Shown here in pieces: positions 25,430 to 39,987 of a stretch of DNA of 64,000 bases. The stretch's first letter is position 1, and each line of letters opens with the position of its first letter. The stretch is from the human T2T-CHM13v2.0 reference genome, Homo sapiens: NCBI RefSeq assembly GCF_009914755.1, contig NC_060947.1; one strand, given 5' to 3'. The notes beneath the pieces are model-generated. The model saw nothing but the letters and a program-made list of their open reading frames with translations, did not search any database and was not told the DNA's origin. Made by a program: the position numbers and the translations under genes.

Positions 25430-27585
25430 ACTCACTTACATAAGAGAACCAGTTAGGCTACCCATTCAGTCAACATTGTGGTTCAAGTGGGATTACCAGT
25501 TAGGGACCTAGGACGTCAAGCGTTTTGCTATTTTGGCCATCTCAGCTCTTTAGCTATAGATGATAAAATATTCTTCTTAGTACAGAAGATTAGTGATAAT
25601 TTGCCCAGTCGAACTCATGGAAAAGCCACTTCCATTAAGGAAGAGTGTACCAAGAGGAAACACTTCATGATTTAGGTGAGATTTGAGAAAGTAGTCATGT
25701 ACAGATAGTGCATATAGTGCAAAAATCAGACAGCTAGTTCTTTCCTGGGTGGCCCAGAAAGTCTTCAGGATAGAAATGGGTAGCAAGCTACTCTTAATAA
25801 CAACAAAGACTGGGAGGGATATGATGGATTATAATATTCTTGCTATCTTTAGAAACTGAAAAAATAATAAATGGGAGAGTCATCTGGTCAACCTTATCTT
25901 GCTAAAGGCATCACTGGAATCTGGCATCATTGAAGTTGCTGAGTCAACGGGTGAGCCTGGAACAATCTCATGTAGTACTGACTACAAAGTCCAAGGATAC
26001 CTACAAGGCAATGTGCCTACTTTATGATGGGGCAACATTCCTCTCCTGTGGCATGGCTGTCCTACCTTAAACCAGTTCAGTAGGTCTGAGGAAATCTTAA
26101 CAGGATGGCAGAACGCTGTGTCAGCATGGGCTTTACCAAAGTATGTATAGTGTTTACTACACCCTGCTTTCCAGGTCCTATCAGTATGATATCATTAATA
26201 GTGGATCATGGGTTGATCCTTGCTCAAGGATGGAAGATAGAGATAGAAGTAACGAAGGACCTTGTAGACCAAAGTATGGCACAAGATCATAGATGGTGAA
26301 AGTGTATTGCTGTTATACCTGAAGAGAAGGCTAAACCTGGTGATGGCATACATCTCTTAAAAGGACACCAGAGATATAGTGGGTAGTGTGAATTTACCAT
26401 TTGGGTGGTAAGAGAGAGTGACAGGGGCTCATTGGACTTTTAGCATCAGGAAGCCCATGTGGGGCTTGCACCCCCAGGTTAAAATGATCTATTCCAGATA
26501 TACAGTTAAGAAATGGAGAAATAGACACGGGACGCAATACTGGTCATATCTGACTTCTTGTAAAGTAGACTCATGTCAGACCTCTAGTATCAACTAACCC
26601 CATAATGTCACGCTCTGACAGTGCTGCTTCTCAGATGTAGCATCTACTAAACCTTAAACAACTCAGGTCTATCCATTTCCTTGGTGCACAATAACTCTTT
26701 CCAGGAGGGAGATCATAGTACATACATATTTGAGATATTATTGAAGGACATCTTTTCGAGGACTTTCAGCCCCCCCATTCAGTCCAGGGGCTCTGAATCT
26801 AAGGACTGACACGGGTCTTGAAATTCGTGAAGGATGAGAACTCTTATGTCAGTTCACATGAGGACTCTCTTTGCCAGTTTGGGATTTTTTGTTTATTTCT
26901 TTATACAAAGCAATGAAGAGTTTGGGGCACTATGCATCTTCTTTGCTGGTAGGGATTTTTCAATCATTTGCCACCTCCACGTATCCTGTGGGGCAGACTC
27001 TTTCTAATTCTCATGCCTGCTCTGCTGCTACTCTGACAACCAGGTTATCTTGCTGTGGATGTCTAAGATACTTATTCCCTTAAAAGCAGGGGCCCTGTTT
27101 CCAGCTCTCCCACCAGCCTCTCCATTCTGCATAAAACAAGTCGTTACAGAACTATTCATGGATGATGCCACTTTCCTCGACAACTTACAAAAGGAACCTA
27201 CCCTACTGGTCATCTCAGGAAAGATAATTACAGGGTAGGTGGCAGTTGCTTATGATCAATCCACTCCAACAGGCATGGTCCCTACAGACTCTCTCCCCAA
27301 AGTGGAAATAAGTGGCTGCCTTGGCTCCAAGGAGAGGCTGCAGCTTAGTGTACTCTCAACTTCCCAAACCTCCTCATAGGCCTTGATTTAAATTCTGAGG
27401 GCCCCTCATTTTCCTCTATCTGGAGCCTTACTTTCTTATAAGAAAACCGGTTAAGCTACCCATTCAATCAACATGGTTATTCAACTAAGATTGCCATTTT
27501 GTGACCTAGGAGGTCAAGCCCTTTGCTCTTTGGCCATCTCAGCATTATAGCTGCAGAGGATAAGACAGTCTTCTCAGTACAGGCA
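25430..27585 (-). mobile_element. Heavily decayed ERVL-class internal region (gag-pro-RT remnants)
   Basis: Minus strand 26206-26173 reads IHY/NDIILIGP (frameshifted relic of ERVL VHYIDDIMLIGP); ERVL-like protease and gag segments further right. Confidence 0.6.
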
Positions 27586-27609
27586 CAGAAACTCCCTGAT
27601 AATTGACCA

Positions 27610-28150
27610 TCCCTATGTGATAAATTCTCCATAAAAATATGAAAAGTATGGGGTTAAGTTTCTTTCACCGTGACGAACAGATCCATGTGCCAGGAGGGTG
27701 GCTCATCTCAGCTGCACAGGGACAGAAGCATCTGTGCTGGGGACCCTCACCCTATGTCTCTCTTTTTCTGGCTCTTCACGTGTATCCTTCATCGTATCCT
27801 TTATTAATATATTAAACTGGTAAACATAAATGTTTCCCTGAGTTCTGTGAGTCATTCTTGCAAATGTATTGAACCTGAGTAGAGGGTCATGGGAATTCTG
27901 ATTTATAGGTGGTTATTCAGAAGCACAGAGGAACAACCATTGGCCTGTAATTAGTGTTTAAAGTGGGGGTGGAGGGAGCAGTTTTGTGGGACTGAGCCCT
28001 TAACCTCTGAGACTGATACTATTTCCAGGTAGTGTCAGAATTGAGTTACATTGTAGGATGCCCTGCTGATGTTGCAGAATTGCTTCACATTTTGGTGACC
28101 AGAAGTGTGTTGTATTGGGACTATAGTAAGAGAAACAGTTGGTTATTTTT
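27610..28150 (+). mobile_element. MER21-like LTR (3' part)
   Basis: gtttccctgagttctgtgag, gtgggactgagcccttaacct, gtgtcagaattgag. Confidence 0.75.
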
Positions 28151-28679
28151 TACCTTACCCACATATACATATATAAATTAAAAGTATTAACTCAAATGTT
28201 TTCCTTTTCTCTGGTTACCACTGTCCCTGTGGCAGAAGAAAAAAAAAAAAGCTTTCTCCATCAAGAGAGCATTTATTAAACTGATAAAATATTTTAACCT
28301 TCCTTGTAATTCTGAGTACTGAAGAGATTGCCTCAATACAGGAAGCTTTTAATCTGAATGCTTTGTTTTATGCTAACCACATCTAATAATACTTCTGAAG
28401 CTTTTATGGATTTTCTACAGTCTGATTATTTTTTAAAAAATGGATTGATGAACGTTTTTCTCATTTTCCCACTCATGTGGTAACAGTTGATGCATCTGGC
28501 ACAGGGGTAACCAGCAAAGCAATAAACAGATAGAAGGAAGGATGGTTCTTTGACTTTCCATTTAAAAGGAAAAAAAACCTCTTATAACAAGAAAGCGCAT
28601 TCATGTTCTTTACCTTCTCAGTGGTGGCTGCTGTGTTTGGTTGGTTTGATAGAATGCTCCGTAAGTACTGTTTTGAGAT

Positions 28680-29665
28680 CTGCCAAAATACGCATGAATC
28701 CATCCACATCTCTTCATCCACTTCTGCCCCACAAAAGTCATTATCCTCATTTGCCTTGACGATTCCAACAGCTTCTTCACAAATGACTCTTCTTCTCTTG
28801 CAGCACTGCAAATCATCTTCCTCATGCCTTTCAGCATGCTTTTTAAAGCATAAATATGATCATGGCATTCCCTGTTTAAGCCCCTTTACAGGCATCTACT
28901 GTGTGCAGAATAAGGTCAGTACATCATCACACAGCTTTCCTGGTCTCTGACCTCATTGTGTACCGTGCTCTCCTTTGCGTATGAAGCACATGATCTTCAC
29001 TCTGCTCCTCCAACATGAACTGCCAAGTGCTCTCATGCCTCAGGAACGTTGCATCTGCTGTTCCTTCCTTCAGGGAAGCTCTTCCTCCAGACCTTCACCT
29101 ATAATACCTGGCTCCTTTATCACTAAGTTTAAATTCCAATGTCCTCTCCTCAGGGAGGGTTTCCCTGAGCATCCCATCTTAAGAGGTTCACACCCACTGT
29201 TGCATGACCCTGTCTTATTGTTTCCACAGCATTTATCACCCTCTGAAATCATTTTTTATTGACACACACAATGTGTCTGCAGGGATGCAGGCTGGAGTAC
29301 AGTGGTGCCATCATAGCTTACAGCAGCCTCGAACTCCTGGGCTCAAGAGATCCTCCTGCTTCAGCCTCCTAAGTAGCTGGTACTACAGGCAAGTGCCACC
29401 ACACCCAGCTACTTTTTATTTTTATTATTGTAGAGACAGGGTCTCCCTATGTTGCCCAGGCTGGTCTTGAACTCCTGACCTCAAGTGATCTTCCTCCCGT
29501 GACATCTCAAAGTGCTGGGATTATAGGTGTGACCAACTGTGCCCAGCCAGTAATGCAATATTGATAAAAGGTTAGGAATTATTGCCTTGTTCTGTAAATA
29601 ACCAGGATCTACAATATTGTTTCATACACAGTCAAACTTCAACAAGTATCTGTTGAGCTGAATTT
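28680..29665 (+). mobile_element. L2 3' region split by an Alu
   Basis: ttttaaagcataaatatgatcatg, caatgtcctctcctcagggagggtttccctga, tgttgagctgaat end. Confidence 0.7.
29288..29548 (-). mobile_element. AluJ lacking 3' end and tail
   Basis: Starts at caggctggagtacagtgg with no poly(T). Confidence 0.85.
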
Positions 29666-30931
29666 CTTTGAGATGATTTAATAGAGCCATTCACTCTCTG
29701 AACATTTGTAAAACATCTCAGACTTCCCCTACTGAGTAACTGTGAGGAATAAATAGACAATGTTTTGAGGGAACTTGGTGCACAACAGCTATTCAGTAAA
29801 TAATTAACGTATGCAGATTTCAAGGATATCTTTTGGCGCTCTCTTTTCCATCATTTCAGTTGAGACAGAGATGATTTGCATCTTTCGTATTAGTTTCAGT
29901 CTCCAGTAAGAAGGAAAAAAAAATGACCCAGCTCTGTCTATAGTCCCCACAGATGAGCAAACATGGACTCAGATGGCTGTCTAAGATGGGACGAAAAGCA
30001 GAATAAGGGAGGAATGCACAACTGAAGAAAACGTCACCGTTTGGTCATTCATAAGATTTTCCTAGACAATTCTGGCTTTTCTTTACCATTTACCTTAAAG
30101 TATTGAGATGTGACAATTGAATGCCAGGGAAGAGTTAACAGGTTCACTCATGGTTAACTGTCAATAGCCTTCTATTCTGTTTGCCAAGTTAATTTGATTT
30201 CCCCATCTCCTGACTAAACAAAATTGGATTAGAGCAGGAAAATGGGTAGATATGGAACATGGAAGCCCACGTATGGGTCTCCGAATGAAGGCTAGGCAGG
30301 GAGTGGGCAGTGTGAGGGCAAGTGAATTTGGGGAGAAGATAAGAGCACCCCAAAGTACAAGACTATGTTTACAAGTCTCAAGTTTACCAATGAGATTGAG
30401 GAACAATGAAAACCAAATGACCTGCATCTGCATTTCTCCCCACGAGGACCATGAGCCCAGTGGTCCATGGAGGAGCCAGAAGTCCCAGAGACCAAGGTGC
30501 TGCTCTGTCCTCACTGGTCCAGCCCCTGCCGCCATGCTCAGATGTCCAGTCACTAGTGGATCCTGAGACATAGGGCAGACCACAGACCCCAGTGTCCGCC
30601 TCTGGGAAAATGCTCAGCAGATTATCCATGAAGAAATAATCCTGACTTAAACTGGAAGAAGAACAAATAGCTTGTTCTGTGACAGAAATTGGTGGCAGCC
30701 AAGGGCTGGAAGGAGTTTATTTGGTGAGCAACCACCCCAGCTAGCCTGGGATTGAGGGGTTTCCTGAAACCCAGGACAAAATTGAGCTAGTCACCCTTAA
30801 GCCCAAAGCAGATTTTTGAAGGGAGGTAGTGTAATTTTCTTGTAACACTTGTATAAAGTATGAGGCTAATTAGAAAGCTAACATAAAGCAGGTAAACCTG
30901 TATTTAGCATTTTTTAAAAAAAACTCTGCAC

Positions 30932-31708
30932 TGTACTGGATTGAATAATGCCACCCAAAATTTGTGTCTACCCAGAACCTGTGAATGGGACCTTATTTGG
31001 AAATAGGTGTTTACTAATGTAATCAAGGCAGATTGAGGTCATGCTAATGTAGGGTGGGACCTAAATGCAATGACTGATGTCCTTATAAGAAGTGGGAAAT
31101 ATGGTCAGGTGCAGTGGCTCATGCCTGTAATGCCAGCACATTGGGAGGCCAAGGCGGGAGGATGGCTTAAACCCAGGAGCTGGAGACCATCTGGAGCAGC
31201 ATGATGAAACCCCATCTCTACAATAAATAATTTTTAAAAAATTAGCCAGGCATGGTGGCATGTGCCTTTGGTCCCAGCTACAAGAGAGGCTGAGGCAGGA
31301 GGATCACCTGATCCCAGGAGTTGAAAGCTACAGTGAGTCATGTTCACTGCACTCCAGCCTGGGCAAAATTTGAGCAAGAGCCTGTCAAAAAAAAAAAAAA
31401 AGAAGAAAAAGAAAGAAGAGGGAAATATGGACACAGAGATACAGACGGAGGAACATGCCTTATAATAATAGACACAGAGATTGAAGTGATACATCTACAA
31501 ACCAATGAATGTCAAGGACTTCTAGCAACCACAAAGATTTAGAAGAGGCAAGGAAGGATTGTCCTAAAAGCCTTCAGAGAGAGCACAGCTCTGCTGACCC
31601 CTTGATTTTAGACTTGTAGCCTCCAGAAATGTGAGATAACACATTTAGTTTGCTTTAAGTCACCCCATTTGTGATAATGTATTACAGCAGCCACTGGAAA
31701 CGAATACA
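30932..31708 (+). mobile_element. MLT1B/C LTR split by an Alu
   Basis: gaacctgtgaatgggaccttatttggaaatagg; agaagaggcaaggaaggatt; aataca end. Confidence 0.85.
31103..31412 (+). mobile_element. AluJ
   Basis: Dimeric Alu; TSD aagaag(t/a)gggaaatat. Confidence 0.92.
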
Positions 31709-31874
31709 AATACAAAAGAAATTTTCATTCCTGTGCCTCTAACAGGGACATCAAATGTAAGAAGCAAGGGATCTGGACTATTCTGTCATCGTTCACAGTG
31801 CCCTGTCTTCCGGGCATCCATGGAGCATAATGCGCTGTTGCTTAATTAAATGCCACATCCAGGCACTGTCAAGA

Positions 31875-32275
31875 TGATAAGTGTGTTTTCTTGCACTGCT
31901 ATAAAGAAATACCAGAGACTGGGTAATTTATAAAGAAAGGGCTTTAATTGGCTCATGGTTCCGCAAGCTGTACAGGAAGCATAGCAGCTTCTGCTGAGCT
32001 TCTGGGGAGGCCTCAGGGTACTTACGATCATGGCAGAAGGCGAAGGGGAAAAAGGAGCGTCTTACCTGGCTGGAGCAGGAGCAAGTTGCGGGACATTGCC
32101 ACACACTCTTAAAAAACCAGATCTCCTGAGAATTCACTCTTTATCACAAGAACAGCACCAAGGGGGAAATTCGCCCCCATGACCCAGTCCCCTCCCACCA
32201 GGCCCCACCTCCAATATTGGGGATTACAAAGGGACATCAAATTTGGGTGGGGGGACACAGATCCAAACCATACCA
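31875..32275 (-). mobile_element. MSTA/MSTB LTR
   Basis: gctataaagaaatacc..gactgggtaatttataaag; cccaccaggccccacctccaa. Confidence 0.85.
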
Positions 32276-32305
32276 ATAAGTTACTTTCTCTAGAAGTCTT
32301 ACTAA

Positions 32306-32600
<295 letters not shown>

Positions 32601-33177
32601 TTAGAAGTCTTGCTAACTTCCTGATTCCATTCTATTAGCTCTGCTAGAAGCCCAGGTCCTTCTGAATCCAATGAGGTAACATTGTAAACAAGAACTAATT
32701 TGAGTTGATGCTACACCCTTGAATGATACCTACTTTTTTTAAGTGACCTTAATCAAAATATAGAACTTTTCAGGCAAAATACACAGTAACAAAACGACTG
32801 GGGCACATCTTGGGGTGAGACGTATACACAGTGTGAAGTTTTTGAAAACTGGATCCTCTAACACTGGACATCTGAGAGAGATGCTCTTTTCAAAGATCAC
32901 TATTTACATCCAACTATGGGCAGGAACAATTTCCTGTTCATTTTTGCAAGTCAGTGTCATCTATTGGGATCTCAAGGGACATTTGTGAAATGAATGCATA
33001 TGTGGTCAAAAATGACTTCGGAAAGTTTAGCAAAGCCATTGTGACAGCAACTCTATTGGGAGCTGTCCCTGATACCCCAGATGGGTTCCTATGTCTATAA
33101 GTCTCTCTATAACTAGAGCACAACATGGTATAATTTTTTGTGTGGTTCTTTGAAGACTTCTAAAGGGCAGGAACTGT

Positions 33178-33200
33178 CTTTCTTTCTCTTTCTTTCTTTC

Positions 33201-33252
<52 letters not shown>

Positions 33253-33285
33253 TTTTCTTTCTTTCCTTTCTTTCCTTCTTTCTTT
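33178..33285. repeat. (CTTT)n polypyrimidine microsatellite
   Basis: Directly visible. Confidence 0.95.
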
Positions 33286-34480
33286 CACCCCCAGTGCCTA
33301 ACAGTATCAAGGATGTAGAATGTGATTTATATAACCATTTGTTGAATAAATCTACTAATAAATGACTAAATAAATGAAGCCCACAATTTTGACTCTGCAT
33401 CATCCTTACATGCCAAGATTATGAGTGCAGAGAAGAAGTTCTAAGTCTTGCTTGTTCTTTTGTTATTTCCAAATTGGACAAGAGTGTTGGTAACTCTGCA
33501 TAGAAATAAATATCTAAGCTGGAAATGTTTCTAACAACTCAGCATGCTGCATACATTCAGCCATGGGACTTCTCGTCTTCTTCATTTCGGGAAACCATAA
33601 ATAACCCAGGAGAGGGGGGTATCACTGCTCTGCACCCACAGGATGCCAAATTGTGTTGTCTGACTTGAATAGCTGCTTGCAAGCACGTTGCCTTGAATCA
33701 TTGCCTCCCTCCTCCTGCTTCTCCTCCTCCTCTTTCTCTTCCTCCTCTTTTTCTTTTAATTTCTTGAATCTCTTGCCACCAGCACTACCTCCACCTCTGT
33801 GATTTCTTCAATTCCTCCATTTCCTGATTTCCTGTCTGCTTTCAGGCTTTCTAATTAATGTCCCAAGATGGCTTCCATGCCACCCTGGATGGAGTTTAGG
33901 TTTTCTCCCTGTGCTTTCACGATCTGTGCCAGGTCTTTGTGACTCATCAGACTTCCCTTTTCCACCTACGTAAGTGTGTCCTCGGTACACATTACCCAAG
34001 CAAATTATCCTGTAGTTAGCTAATCCTCCTACCCTCTCCAGAGTTTCCCCCGGGGTTACACCCACCCAAGGCTGGAATAGGCTCCAGCATATTATGATTG
34101 TTATTTAGTCACCTGAGATGTGTAGGCTCCAGTGGAAGCTCTGATGCTACTGCAGCAAGAGTATGGTACATGTCCTGGTTTGTCTGGGCTGCCCCAGCAG
34201 CACTGGGGACCAGATTCTAAACAGAGAATGTATTTCTGGGGATATCTTAACCCATGCCGTGCCTTGGACTGAATACATAGAATGACTCTATTTGATGGAA
34301 CCTAGGAAGGTAAATAAAGATCCAAAGCAGTTCATTTATTTATACAATCAATGTCTAGCAAGTGCCTACTATTTGCCAGGCAGCAGGCCCTGTACTAGGT
34401 ATACTGCAATAACCCTGAGATTTGCTATTTCTTCTTTCCTTGTGCTTATAACTTACCGGGAGTCAAAATGTGACTATTTA

Positions 34481-34820
<340 letters not shown>

Positions 34821-35189
34821 ACTATTTAAACAAATACACAAGTACAAAATGGGATAAAGCTAATAATTGAAGGACAAGGAATGAGCCATGCTAAGATACA
34901 GAGAGAGAGCATTTCAGGTAGAGGTTAAAAGCATATGCAAGGGCCCTGTGGTAAGAGAGTCATTTTATATATTTTATTTGAAGCAAAGGAAAATATGGTG
35001 GCTGGGTTGAGAGACAATAGGTTGGGGAAGGGGACCACCTTGAATTCCATAAATTACTTATTTTCTCAGACTCATTCAGTGACCATTCATATTTTAATTT
35101 GAGGTTATCTATGTTGACATACCCTTAAAGTAATTGATTATAACAAACATATCTGCTCTGAAGGTTTTTTTTCCTGTGTCTTACTTTGG

Positions 35190-35506
35190 TTTTATTTTAA
35201 TTTATTTATTTACTTACTTATTTTGAGACAAGTTCTCCCTCTATTCCCCAGGCTGGAATGCAGTGATGTGATCATAACTCACTGCAGCCTCAAACACCTA
35301 GGCTCAAAGCCATCCTCTTGCCTCAGCCTCGCAAGTAGCTGGGACTATAAGCATGTGCTACCACACCCAGGTAATTCTTGAATTCTTTGTAAAGATTGGG
35401 TATCACCATGTTGCCGGGTTGGTCTCAAACTCCTGGGCTCAAGCTATCCTCCCTCCTTGGCCTTCCAAGGTGCTGGAATTACAGGAGTGAGCCACTGCAC
35501 CTAAAC
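35190..35506 (-). mobile_element. AluJ
   Basis: Diverged dimer in reverse. Confidence 0.9.
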
Positions 35507-35705
35507 TGTTTTGTTTTGTTTTTTCACGAGATAGTTGAACAACTAATTTTCAATATTCCTTCCATCCATAAAGTTATATAATACAAAGACTCCTGTCTCA
35601 ATAGAAAAGGAAAGAGAACTAATACTATTGTAAACCTTCTGTATATCGGGCATAGAAATCAGTGATTTACATGGGATTTATCAAACTAGCCACAGAAATT
35701 GTTCA

Positions 35706-36026
<321 letters not shown>

Positions 36027-37887
36027 TCAGGACAAGCTCAGGTGTGCTTGTTTAACACACAAGTAATTCGTTTCAAGATAGGTAGGTAGATAGATAGATA
36101 TTAGATAGATTAATAGATAATACACAGATGATAGATAATAGATAGATGGATAGTTTGGTGGGCTCTGCATGCAAAATTTTGGGTAAGGCAGATAGTTCAT
36201 TCTTATCTCTTATTTCCCTATGCATGAATAAGTCTATCTGATTTGGCATGCTCTGGTTTGTTGAAATGGTAAAATTGTATAATGTGTAAATTCACCATAA
36301 ATTAAGGTCCCCAGGAAGTTAGAAATATGTCCCCCAAGGGATGGAATTTTGTTCCAATTTTTCCAGCTATCCAATTCATCTTCCAAGATACTTGAGGCTT
36401 ATCATCAAATTTGATGTTATACTCTTCTCTATGCATGAGATGACATTCAGGAATAAAGTTTTTTTAAAAAAATATCTTTGGCCTTTAGACAACTAAGCAT
36501 TTTGAAAGCTGTAATTCTTTACCCCTCCTCATACAATTTGCCTCTCTGCCGAGTACTTCACCCAAACTTTGTGATGTATGGCGAATAGTACTAATTTCAT
36601 GTTGGTCGAATTATTCATGCATTTTAGTGATTCATTTTATTCCTCAAAATGGAGGCACATAAGGGAAATTCCCAGCCTTCTGAAGGGGGCATTCATGCTC
36701 CCCAGATTCAGCAGAAAATGTGTAGGTTTTTCATCCATAATTCATCATTATAAGGCGGCCTCCTGCCCAGGCATATTCGAGCACTGTGACTCGCTCACGC
36801 AAGATCAGACAAGGTTGTTAAATCACGGTTTATTTTTCTGTGAACCAAAATCATCCTTCAGGCTAATCCGGGCTGCTGTTGGTTTATTTGTACCTTCCAC
36901 ATCTAAGCTTCCAACTTGGACGATATTTTAAAGATGTTGGTGGACCCCAAGGTATGCAATGGCTTAAGTTTAACAGACCAAAGACGCACGGGAAATTAAT
37001 TAGAGTCTTTCATGGCAGGAAATATTTCTGTGATTAATACTGTGTAATGGGAATGTGAACACAATCGAGAAAATGAACTAGATCCTGAGGGCTGGTATGA
37101 AAATACCAGCTGGGAAAGTTTAATTCGGGGCCAGACTCCAATTAAAGGCTCTCCACTGTGCTGTCTGTGGTTTTTATTGGCTCCTGGAGGAGAAGCAAGG
37201 AGCACTGGATTCTCCATTGAGAAATCAGGGTCCCAGTCCTGGCCGGAGCCAACTGTGTGATCCTAAGAAAGCCCCATGACTCACCTGGAACTCAGATGCA
37301 CCATCAGTGAAATGAGTCATCTGGTGAGACCCTTTGATCTCCTCTGCATGACTTGATGCATAGCTTAGCCTGCAATGGTTAAGCAGTGTCCACCTCTTCA
37401 TGCTCAGCACCCACGGGCACCTAAAAGGTACTGAATTGATGGATTTTAACTGAAGACAAGCTGGCCAGTCCATACACCAACACACTCGGTTCCTGTTTCA
37501 GGATTAAGGGCTTCTCCGTCACCCCACACAGCCTCTGCCATTTGGGATGTGAGGCGGAAGTCGGTAGACCAGGATCTGACAACTCAGTAAGCTAAATCTA
37601 GGGCCAGACCAGACCTCCCAGCATCTCAACATGTTTCTCCCAATAAAGGTCTAGCTGTTTCCCATGGAGAGTCACCTCAACATTCCACTCCACCATCTGC
37701 ATTTATAGATCTTTATTGGTGCAGAAGGATGGTATAGAAATGGCTGGGCCAAAAACCTCAGGTTAGGACCCTGCTACTAAGTGAGGTCCCCAGACCCACT
37801 GCATCAGCATCTCCCGGAAGCATGCTAGAAATACACTGACTCAGACTTCACTCAGACCTGCTCAATCAGCATGCCCCTTTTCATACC

Positions 37888-38482
37888 ACAGTGGTAACTT
37901 CATGTGTCAACCTGACTGGGCCACTTTATGCCTGCATAAATGGTTAAACATTATTTCTGGGTGTGTCTGTGAGGGTATTTCCACAGTACATTAGCATTTG
38001 ACATGGTAGGCTGATAAAGAACACACACCCTCCCCAATATCAGGGTGGGCACCATCCAATCCACTGATGGCCTCTAGAACAGAAAGGCAGAGAATGGTTG
38101 GATTCTCCTTCTCTTTCCCTGGCTGCTTGAGCTGGGACATCAGTCTTCGAATCTTTGAGCCCTGGGTGCTCCTGGTTCTCAGGCTTTCAGACCCAGACTG
38201 GAATCTACACCATTGGCTCTTGGGTTCTCAGACCTTCGAACTACATCACCAGCTTTCCTGGGTCTCCAGGCTGCAGAAGGCAGACTGTGGGCCTTCTCAG
38301 CCTCCATAATTGCATGAGCCAATATCTTATAATAACTCTCTTTATGTGTGTGTGTATTCTAAATATATGTACACACATGCATGCACGTGCGCGCACACAC
38401 ACACACACACACACGTTAGGCATCTAAAATATGTAGATATAGATACATAGATCCTATTAGCTCTGTTTCTCTGAAGAACACC
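37888..38482 (+). mobile_element. MLT2-family (HERV-L) LTR inserted in a MER5A-like element
   Basis: tgtgtcaacctgactgggcc, aacattatttctgggtgtgtctgtgaggg, cctattagctctgtttctctgaagaac; MER5-like flanks at 37770-37885 and 38483-38510. Confidence 0.85.
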
Positions 38483-39296
38483 AAGTGATTTGAGTTTGGG
38501 AAACACTACCTTAGATCACTCCATTGGTTCATTAGGGGAGAGTCATTGCCTAGCTTACCACCAATTTTTGTGATTACGATCAATTTGTTGCAACCAATTT
38601 TTATGATTACAGTTACTTTGGGATCAACTTGCATAAACTTCTCAGTCCAGCTCTCCCTCCTACTTAACTTGGATGAGACTAACTGTATGGGGGAGGAGTG
38701 TGCACGTGCCTCTGTGTGCAAATGGGTGTGTCCATGTATACACATGCCAGAACAGGGGAGGCTGGGAGGAGTAACTGTTTTCTTCCAAGTAGCTTAACAG
38801 ACTTCTTAGCCATTTGCAAAGGTGCCCACATTGTCCACCTTACAGCAGACACCCCAAATGAATCCTTCTCACACAGCGAAGACAGGTTTACCTGGCAGAT
38901 GGGAGGGTTGCCCATACTGATGCAGCACTGCACTTTAATGATGCTGCCTGAGGCTGCGTGTTTTTATAACTTGTATGCAGAAAAACCTACTTCCTCATAA
39001 CATCCCTGTTTCTCAGAAATACCTTGCTTGCCTACAGTAAATGCAATTCTAGTGTAGTATAACAATTCTAGCATAACGTGCTAACTATTTTAACAAGTAG
39101 GTATGGAGGAGAGGAAGCCTGTCCCGAAACTGCAAGATGGTTATGGTTCCCTGTTAAATATCCCAAAACACATTTTTTACTTCACCCTTTTTTCCACTTA
39201 AAAAAATCTTGTTATTATCTTTTTGTGTTCCCGTTAAATCTATAATATGATGAAGTCTGGGAAGGCAGAGATTATGCCAGCTTCTTGTTACAAATC

Positions 39297-39487
39297 TAGC
39301 ATTGTCAGATTTGGCAAATAGAAGTATAGGATTGAGTTAAATTTGAATTTCGGGAAACAATGATTTTATTTTTTATTATAGGTATACCCCATACGGTTTT
39401 TGAAACATACTTATATTTTAAATATGTTCATTGTTTCTCTGAAGTTCTAATTTAATATGGCATCTTGTATTTAATCTGGCAACCTTA
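39297..39487. mobile_element. MER53 palindromic MITE
   Basis: ttgtcagat/atctggcaa termini; internal arms gttaaatttgaatttc..aaacaatga and tcattgttt..gaagttctaatttaa. Confidence 0.8.
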
Positions 39488-39987
39488 TCCAGGTGTCAGC
39501 ATTCAACATAGTAGCCAGTCCAGATTAGATGTTCTATAAATCTGAACATTTGTGTTTTCACTGTACATACAAGGCAGAGGACTGAATATGTGAAATATAT
39601 AAAGGAAACAGATAATGGGGGAGAAAAGTACACTGAGCAATGAGAAATCAGGACATAGCTTGTTTTAACCAACCTGGAAAACCATTAGGAAAAGCTTATA
39701 AAAGGACAGCATTAATGGATGAGTTACTCCAGTGAGAAAAAAGGGGGCAAGCACCCTTAGGGAAGTTAAACTGTGGCTTCGAGCTCCTACAAGAGTCAAC
39801 CTTACTTAAGGGGGATTGGGGGATTTCTGCAAATAAATCATACAGAGTGAATTAGCTCATAAAATGTTTTGGTGGCTTCTTAGGTGACCTATGACATTGT
39901 TTACTGGCAAAACTGAAGACACTAATAATATATACCTGTTTCTTCAGGAAATTCAGTCAATTTAGACATACAAAGAGTGAAGGTAGA

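Noticed and set aside
25443-27582. Direct repeats read as the LTR pair of a novel retroelement
   Set aside because: No TG..CA ends, TSD, PBS or poly(A) signal; the sequence resembles ERVL gag
30161-30629. Cluster of overlapping ORFs on both strands
   Set aside because: Locally higher GC reduces stop frequency; no recognisable protein or convincing splice-site pair
33113-33403. Lys/Glu/Arg-rich ORF
   Set aside because: Translation of the (CTTT)n microsatellite
38539-38590. Short direct repeats (accaattttt(g/a)tgattac x2; similar pairs near 4741, 17827, 43660) as a CRISPR-like array
   Set aside because: Only 2-4 adjacent copies, no regular spacers, eukaryotic context; ordinary slippage micro-duplications
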